In this document: positions 4,072 through 8,265 of the stretch, piece by piece
Position numbering within the stretch: the first letter of the stretch is position 1
Layout of the letters: each line of letters opens with the position of its first letter
Virus record (IMG/VR): IMGVR_UViG_3300044695_004155
Span: 1-8,265 of that record
Length of the DNA stretch: 8,265 nt
Source: a virus
Direction: 5' to 3' (one strand)
Notes under the pieces: model-generated
Database searches by the model: none
Told to the model about the DNA's origin: nothing
The model's input: only the letters and a program-made list of their open reading frames with translations
Translations under genes and position numbers: made by a program

Positions 4072-4806
4072 CTATAAGTCATCATCGTCCGGTTCAATGT
4101 AGTTGGACAATCTGTTAGGCAATCTGTCCATAATGTTCTCCCAAAATAGTTCTGAACTTACCGCTATGAATACAGGTTTGGAATACTTTTTTCCAAAATG
4201 AAGTATTTCGTTTTCTTTTCCGTTACCACTGGTGAATGAAAACAAATAATTCATTACCTTTTGATTGAAAAAATACTCATCATTTTGTTCTGAAATAAGT
4301 ATACCATGGTCTCCAAATCTTTTAGATACATTTATATTAGACGTCCAACTTTGAACATCTCGGTGTGGTTTATACGATATTGGTTTATCATATCTATAAA
4401 ATACTTCTTTTCCGATTTTTAATTTAGTATAATCATTATAGTCAGATTTTTCTCTTAGAGGAGAAATAATATTCTTCGAAATATCTTGTAAACCTCGATA
4501 GACTTCTGTACCATTCGGGGTTTCTGGTTTAAATATAGATGGAAATTTAGTTTTTGCATTTTTCAACAAGTCTTTATTTTTATACAAATTGTTTGAAATA
4601 GTTCCATCAGGAGTGCGTACCCATTGTAATATGTATGACAATATCTGTTTTTCTATTTTCGTATTCTTTTCAGAACCAGTTTTTCCCTGTAACTTAACGA
4701 GTTTTTTAAAGAAATCATCTTGACTTATATCACCAAACACAATATCACCAAACGCCTTTTTCGGGTCTGTGTCTGTTTCAGATAATATGTCTTTGAGTTT
4801 TATCAT
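4072..4806 (-). CDS. candidate mono-ADP-ribosyltransferase of the R-S-E type (244 aa) with MIKLKDILSE leader
   Basis: The motifs are EVYR104G, QS153WT155S156N and GKE198NE200ILHF. They occur in the order and approximate spacing of ART regions 1-3 (aromatic-Arg, S-T-S, E-x-E followed by hydrophobics). The tail is acidic (EPDDDDL). The CDS call is firm but the product call rests on motifs only. Confidence 0.8.
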   Translation of the reverse strand: MIKLKDILSETDTDPKKAFGDIVFGDISQDDFFKKLVKLQGKTGSEKNTKIEKQILSYILQWVRTPDGTISNNLYKNKDLLKNAKTKFPSIFKPETPNGTEVYRGLQDISKNIISPLREKSDYNDYTKLKIGKEVFYRYDKPISYKPHRDVQSWTSNINVSKRFGDHGILISEQNDEYFFNQKVMNYLFSFTSGNGKENEILHFGKKYSKPVFIAVSSELFWENIMDRLPNRLSNYIEPDDDDL

Positions 4807-4841
4807 TACCTATAAATATGAAACGACGGGTAATTTCGTCC
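4783..4841. repeat. 59-bp direct repeat, copy B
   Basis: It is offset exactly 772 bp from copy A. It covers the first 8 codons of the 244-aa gene plus the last 10 codons and the stop of the 69-aa ORF. Confidence 0.9.
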
Positions 4842-5019
4842 AACCATCCATTTCAAAGATTTCCATAAACATCCCATAGTAATATACGAAACACGTACCA
4901 CCTGTGATAAAAACGTTGGAAATAAATATCTCATCTCCACGTCTAACAATAATCTTTTTATCCTTCAGATGTGTTGGTTGTGTTATCTTCGGATCTACCT
5001 CGTTCTCTAATCGCAACAT
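4810..5019 (-). CDS. hypothetical protein (69 aa)
   Basis: The ATG at 5017-5019 is preceded by AAGGGGGT with a 5-nt spacing. The stop TAG lies inside the 59-bp repeat, 3 nt before the next ATG. I recognise no family. Confidence 0.65.
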   Translation of the reverse strand: MLRLENEVDPKITQPTHLKDKKIIVRRGDEIFISNVFITGGTCFVYYYGMFMEIFEMDGWTKLPVVSYL

Positions 5020-5158
5020 TCGTTACCCCCTTTGTATGTTTTGGTTCATACGGGCAGTGAAGACATCCCGACCCGCAACAAAATGAACGGCAAAGGTGGT
5101 ACTCTTCTGTGAATACCACCTTCCCGTTTTCGTTTATGTAATAATCTTCCTCTTTCAT
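4958..5158 (-). CDS. DUF5522-like cysteine-rich small protein (66 aa)
   Basis: The segment YYINENGKVVFTEEYHLCRSFCCGSGCLHCPY matches my recollection of the DUF5522 signature (F-T-E-x-Y-H-L-x-R-G-x-C-C-G-x-G-C-x-H-C-P-Y). The low-complexity C-terminal 20 aa overlap the next gene by 62 nt. Confidence 0.65.
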   Translation of the reverse strand: MKEEDYYINENGKVVFTEEYHLCRSFCCGSGCLHCPYEPKHTKGVTNVAIRERGRSEDNTTNTSEG

Positions 5159-5163
5159 TTGAT

Positions 5164-5340
5164 TTACTTGGACTCTTTGCCTTCAGACACAGATGCCTTG
5201 TTGTAAGGTGTGATCAACTTCTTGATTGCACCTAACGCCTTACGAGCGTCTCCTGCACCTTTCTTGAACTTTGAATTGTGTCCGACGGTAAACTCATTGA
5301 ACAGATTTGTAATTTGTTCGTATAGTTCTTGCTTTGTCAT
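5164..5340 (-). CDS. histone H1/Hc1-like small basic DNA-binding protein (58 aa), not in the supplied ORF track
   Basis: My own translation is MTKQELYEQITNLFNEFTVGHNSKFKKGAGDARKALGAIKKLITPYNKASVSEGKESK-stop. A strong Shine-Dalgarno CAGGAGA lies 5 nt upstream of the ATG at 5338-5340. The K-G-x-x-A-G-x-A-R-K-A...K-K-L...Y-x-K-A-S layout resembles bacterial histone-H1-like (Hc1 family) proteins of about 60 aa. Confidence 0.65.
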   Translation of the reverse strand: MTKQELYEQITNLFNEFTVGHNSKFKKGAGDARKALGAIKKLITPYNKASVSEGKESK

Positions 5341-5357
5341 AACGTTCTCCTGTTTGT

Positions 5358-5385
5358 ATAATAGTCGGGATTAGTTCCCTGTTAA
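5358..5385 (-). promoter_or_regulatory. candidate sigma70-like promoter (TTAACA-N16-TATTAT) upstream of the H1-like gene
   Basis: On the minus strand, TTAACA (5385-5380), a 16-nt spacer and TATTAT (5363-5358) lie 17 nt upstream of the ATG. This is a pattern match only. Confidence 0.25.
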
Positions 5386-5397
5386 ATAAATAGATTA

Positions 5398-6216
5398 TTA
5401 CTTGATTTCACAAGAATATTTCCAAATGTAGCCACCACCTTGTTTATATTTCCCAATACAACACCCATATACACTATCCCTACCAACTTTCATAACTTCA
5501 GATGCCTCCTGAATGCTCTTGAATGTTTGTAAGAATTTACCATCTTTACTAAACATATCTATTGGTTTCATCTTACTTACTCCCATTTTTTTACGAACTT
5601 CACTCGGAATTACTTTACCTCTATTCTTTGCAGATATTTTTGCTCTCGTTTCAGGAGAATTTGGTTTTCCAAGATTGTGGGGTATAATTTTACCAGAAGC
5701 ATACAACTCTTTCATCTTTTTTGAATGTTCTGGTCTTGGTTTTCCTCTTCTATTTTCCGCATACATAAGATATTTTTCCGATGATTTCATAGATAAGGAC
5801 ATATTCTTTTTATACCCATCTGACCATTGTGTGCCTTTTCTACTTTTACTCATACGTGAACGTGTTTCCGTCGAATGTGACTTACCGTAAAACGGATTAT
5901 TTACACCACTCGCCATTTTACTCATTTTTTCTTTCCACTCATCTGTATGTTCTGCGCCAGTTCCTTTATTGTGCATATTGTAAAACGTTTCATTGTTACC
6001 TGCATCATAATAATTCAACCAGTATTCTTCCCGTTCTACCATTTGTTCAAATGATGAACATTCCTCAATAACTTCTTTCTTGAAGTTTTCTTTGCCGTAT
6101 TTACGGATTGCAAGCTTGAGTAAATGACCAGAACCAAGATAGTTTGGATTGTTTCTACTATCTCTACCGATATATTGCTTCCCGTTCACCAAATTTGTGG
6201 TCTTGTAGATAATCAT
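5398..6216 (-). CDS. GIY-YIG homing endonuclease with NUMOD3 repeats and a C-terminal helix-turn-helix (I-TevI / Seg-like)
   Basis: The N-terminal MIIYKTTNLVNGKQYIGRD...YWLNYY...N is a GIY-YIG catalytic domain. There are at least four S/T-x-E-x-R-x-K-[MI]-S type NUMOD3 repeats (HSTETRSRMSKSRKG, RPEHSKKMKE, SPETRAKISAKNRG, PSEVRKKMGVSK). The C-terminal FKSIQEASEVMKVGRDSVYGCCIGK...GYIWKY is an I-TevI-like DNA-binding module. GGGAGA lies 6 nt upstream of the ATG. Confidence 0.92.
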   Translation of the reverse strand: MIIYKTTNLVNGKQYIGRDSRNNPNYLGSGHLLKLAIRKYGKENFKKEVIEECSSFEQMVEREEYWLNYYDAGNNETFYNMHNKGTGAEHTDEWKEKMSKMASGVNNPFYGKSHSTETRSRMSKSRKGTQWSDGYKKNMSLSMKSSEKYLMYAENRRGKPRPEHSKKMKELYASGKIIPHNLGKPNSPETRAKISAKNRGKVIPSEVRKKMGVSKMKPIDMFSKDGKFLQTFKSIQEASEVMKVGRDSVYGCCIGKYKQGGGYIWKYSCEIK

Positions 6217-6241
6217 AGGAGTTCTCCCGATTGTTATTAGA

Positions 6242-6341
6242 TTAGTTTGTGTTCACTAATAAATATCGGATAAACAGAAAAGCCAGTTGTTTGGGAGATT
6301 GAGAAGTGGGTTGAACACAAACTAAACAATCACAACTGGCT
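6242..6341 (-). promoter_or_regulatory. two interleaved perfect inverted repeats (14 bp and 10 bp) in the reductase/endonuclease intergenic region
   Basis: S1 pairs 6281-6290 AGCCAGTTGT with 6332-6341 ACAACTGGCT. S2 pairs 6242-6255 TTAGTTTGTGTTCA with 6312-6325 TGAACACAAACTAA. On the minus transcript the 3' arm of S1 is followed by TTTCTGTTTAT, so S1 may act as a long-loop terminator. Confidence 0.5.
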
Positions 6342-6357
6342 CTTCAAATTCAACATA

Positions 6358-8214
6358 TCATACTATATCACATTTTCCGCCCGCGCAGGCCGCTTCTTGT
6401 GAGTGTTCCGTGTTATCATCCAACTCTACTATTTTTGACAAATCAACATCTTTTAGAGTTTCCATCAACTGATGATACTTTTCTTCCGTAATATCTTCGA
6501 ATGGGCTCTGGATGTAAGTATGGTCAGAGAATGGTAATACGGAAACTCCATTATATGAGTCACGATTTGTCCATAGCCATTGACCAACAGCTGGCCATTC
6601 ATTTTCACGAATACTTACGGTAGCCGAAATGTTGTGTGTGTTCATTCCATTCTTGTGACCTGGCTTTATCCAATTTTGGTTGAACCACTTTACGCGTTCA
6701 AGAAGTTGAAGTGGAGATTCTGTTCGCATAATCGCGTGGTCTGGTGCCTTTTGTGGGACACCGATAACTGCGGTATCGTGTGGACGGAAGTATTCATCTT
6801 CTACCAATTCAGGGTGGTTGATTGCAAGGTGAGTATAGATTGCCTCGTTCTTACCAACACGAACACGACGGAGGTAATAGTCATTGTGCCAAGCGTGAAT
6901 ACCAGATGAGCATCCTAATGTAAGAGATGATGTTCCAGCTGGCTTGATTGTTGTAATACGAGCAGCTTTATTGATACCGAGAATTCCAGCAACTCTTTCG
7001 TTCTCTTCCTTTGCAACTTTTGTTGCTGACTTTACATCCAACTTCTGAACAACACCTGAGCCAATACCAGTCATACCAACTCCAAGAAGACCGTCTTTCT
7101 CTGTTGTTCTTTGCCAGATTGGACGAAGATAGTGGAAGTCCGTATAACTTGCTTGAAGTGTTCCGATGAATGTTGCCGCACGAACTCGGTCTTCTAAATC
7201 CTGTTGGTCTACTACGTCTGAAACGTTTACTTCACAAAGATTACAGAATTGGAATGGACGTAGACCGATTTCACAACAAGGGTTTGTTCCCCAATCTTTA
7301 TCGTTTGAGAAGTAAATTCCAGGTTCACCTGCGTTTGAAAGTTCAATCTTCTTCCAAAGTCCCTTGAAGAATTCTTCTGTTACTTTACTACGAAGTAATA
7401 CCGCAGAGTTATTTGCCCGTCCACGTTGAGGATTCAATTCCCACCATGCACCAAATTTACACGAAATCATTTCATCATCATCGGCGGAGAATAGTGAGAT
7501 AAGAGCAGCACGACGAATACCACCAGCAAGAACTGCATCTGCAATATGACAAACCATATCGTGAACTTCGATAGGTGACAACTTGTCTCCATCTTTCTTT
7601 AGGTCAAGAATAGCACGAAGTTTCTCAACACAAATACGAAGTGGTTCTGAGCCAGGAGCTTTACCACCTGATGTGATAAGACGGGCACCCTTTGGACGGA
7701 TGTCTGAATAATCAAAACGAAGTGATGAACCGCTTGTGAAGTATGACTTTACAAGGGCTTTGATTGCGTCTGCCCAACCTTCGATTGAGTCTGACACAAG
7801 GAATCGTCTTTCACGGTCTGCCTTCGGTTTACGAATTTCAGGAAGTTTCTCGACGTGATGTTTCTGAACAGAATATCCAACACCTGTTCCACCGAGAAGA
7901 AGGAACATCACTTCACCAAAAGCACGCCAGTCATCAATAGGAAGATATGCACAGTTGTAAATACGATTCGGTGAAATTTCAATTGGCTTACCACCGAATT
8001 GAAGTGAACGCATTGAAGGAAGAACCTTCTTATCATAGACAAACTTATAGACATTTTCAATCTCGTCTTTTAGTTGTGGGTATTTCTTTTGGTGCATTTC
8101 CTTGTTTCGTGTCACCAACTCTTCCCAAGTTTCCCGACGATTGAGTTCAGGTATGAAACGAGAATACTTCATATAAACCGTAATATCCGAAAGGATTCGG
8201 TTGCTAATATCCAT
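6358..8214 (-). CDS. rtpR: adenosylcobalamin-dependent ribonucleoside-triphosphate reductase, monomeric class II (RTPR type)
   Basis: This is a 618-aa ORF with GGAG 6 nt upstream of the ATG. Blocks match my recollection of Lactobacillus leichmannii RTPR: DYSDIRPKGA...GGKAPGSEPL, VLAGGIRRAALISLFSADDDEM, GRANNSAV, NAGEPGIYF, the thiyl-radical loop GTNPCCEIGL...FCNLCEV, TTIKPAGTSS, and a C-terminal redox tail CAGGKCDIV (compare CEGGACPIK). There is no ATP cone. Confidence 0.93.
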   Translation of the reverse strand: MDISNRILSDITVYMKYSRFIPELNRRETWEELVTRNKEMHQKKYPQLKDEIENVYKFVYDKKVLPSMRSLQFGGKPIEISPNRIYNCAYLPIDDWRAFGEVMFLLLGGTGVGYSVQKHHVEKLPEIRKPKADRERRFLVSDSIEGWADAIKALVKSYFTSGSSLRFDYSDIRPKGARLITSGGKAPGSEPLRICVEKLRAILDLKKDGDKLSPIEVHDMVCHIADAVLAGGIRRAALISLFSADDDEMISCKFGAWWELNPQRGRANNSAVLLRSKVTEEFFKGLWKKIELSNAGEPGIYFSNDKDWGTNPCCEIGLRPFQFCNLCEVNVSDVVDQQDLEDRVRAATFIGTLQASYTDFHYLRPIWQRTTEKDGLLGVGMTGIGSGVVQKLDVKSATKVAKEENERVAGILGINKAARITTIKPAGTSSLTLGCSSGIHAWHNDYYLRRVRVGKNEAIYTHLAINHPELVEDEYFRPHDTAVIGVPQKAPDHAIMRTESPLQLLERVKWFNQNWIKPGHKNGMNTHNISATVSIRENEWPAVGQWLWTNRDSYNGVSVLPFSDHTYIQSPFEDITEEKYHQLMETLKDVDLSKIVELDDNTEHSQEAACAGGKCDIV

Positions 8215-8234
8215 AGTTGTCTCCGATTATTTTT

Positions 8235-8263
8235 TTTCTAAAAACGTTTATTTTTGATTCCAA
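8235..8263 (-). promoter_or_regulatory. weak candidate promoter upstream of the reductase gene (TTGGAA-N17-TAGAAA)
   Basis: On the minus strand, TTGGAA (8263-8258), a 17-nt spacer and TAGAAA (8240-8235) are present. It shares the TTTGGAA -35-like word with the candidates at 1831 and 1463. It sits at the window edge and has a poor -10. Confidence 0.2.
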
Positions 8264-8265
8264 AG

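Noticed and set aside
4038-4085. 15-codon ORF MMTYRRTIFPVVSYL ending in the copy-A repeat
   Set aside because: It is too short, overlaps the end of the ART gene and has no start signals. I interpret it as a relic of the 69-aa gene tail carried along by the duplication.
894-4819. TATAAATA (T4 late-promoter consensus) on the plus strand at four sites
   Set aside because: There is no credible plus-strand gene for these to drive. The word is more simply read in the minus sense as part of the ATATTTATAG boundary motif. I keep it only as an alternative inside that finding.
4958-5158. Programmed frameshift joining the DUF5522-like ORF to the 69-aa ORF
   Set aside because: The downstream ORF has its own ATG and a good Shine-Dalgarno (AAGGGGGT). 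The frame relationship is +1, and I see no slippery heptamer or stimulatory structure in the overlap.
2449-8144. Remaining plus-strand ORFs from the track (2449-2754, 2459-2674, 3000-3248, 3701-3961, 4904-5086, 5513-5890, 5829-6071, 6580-6909, 7170-7367, 7947-8144)
   Set aside because: Each lies antisense within a longer, better-supported minus-strand gene. The translations are low-complexity and rich in Phe/Leu/Ile, as expected from antisense reading of AT-rich coding DNA. None has a convincing start context.
6358-8214. Intein, intron or split-gene architecture in the reductase; class I (NrdA) assignment
   Set aside because: The ORF is continuous, and the conserved RTPR blocks appear in order with ordinary spacing. 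The NPC-x-E radical loop and overall block pattern match class II RTPR rather than the NxCxE loop of class I. No small-subunit gene is adjacent. Only a phylogeny could settle the class definitively.

Overview
This AT-rich window carries every supportable gene on the minus strand. The content points to a large virulent dsDNA phage rather than a bacterial chromosome: a tRNA cluster, free-standing HNH and GIY-YIG homing-endonuclease genes, many small tightly packed ORFs and a nucleotide-metabolism gene. In transcription order (right to left) the features are as follows. (1) A monomeric RTPR-type class II (B12-dependent) ribonucleotide reductase, 6358-8214. (2) A GIY-YIG/NUMOD3 homing endonuclease, 5398-6216. 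(3) A 58-aa histone-H1/Hc1-like basic protein that the ORF track missed, 5164-5340. (4) A DUF5522-like Cys-rich protein, 4958-5158, overlapping a 69-aa ORF, 4810-5019. (5) A 244-aa protein with R-S-E ADP-ribosyltransferase motifs, 4072-4806. (6) A 332-aa protein with a diphtheria-toxin-like His/Tyr/Tyr/Glu pattern at its N-terminus, 3036-4034. (7) A 75-aa two-TM membrane protein, followed by two small proteins. (8) Terminator/promoter units, a 99-aa ORF and a 46-aa ORF. (9) About 230 bp of highly structured non-coding DNA. (10) A tRNA cluster holding initiator Met, Phe, an Ala-like tRNA, a Tyr-like tRNA and one tRNA truncated by the window edge, interrupted by an HNH endonuclease gene. The main hypothesis concerns four consecutive genes (1889-4806) that share an N-terminal M-x-K-L...[IL]-L-[ST]-E leader. 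This looks like a T4-type capsid-targeting sequence ending in the prohead-protease [LI]-x-E cleavage motif. The locus may therefore encode head-packaged, injected effector proteins, including one or two novel ADP-ribosyltransferases. The clearest ART gene is bracketed by a 59-bp direct-repeat cassette. All functional calls come from motif recognition by eye, and no searches were run.
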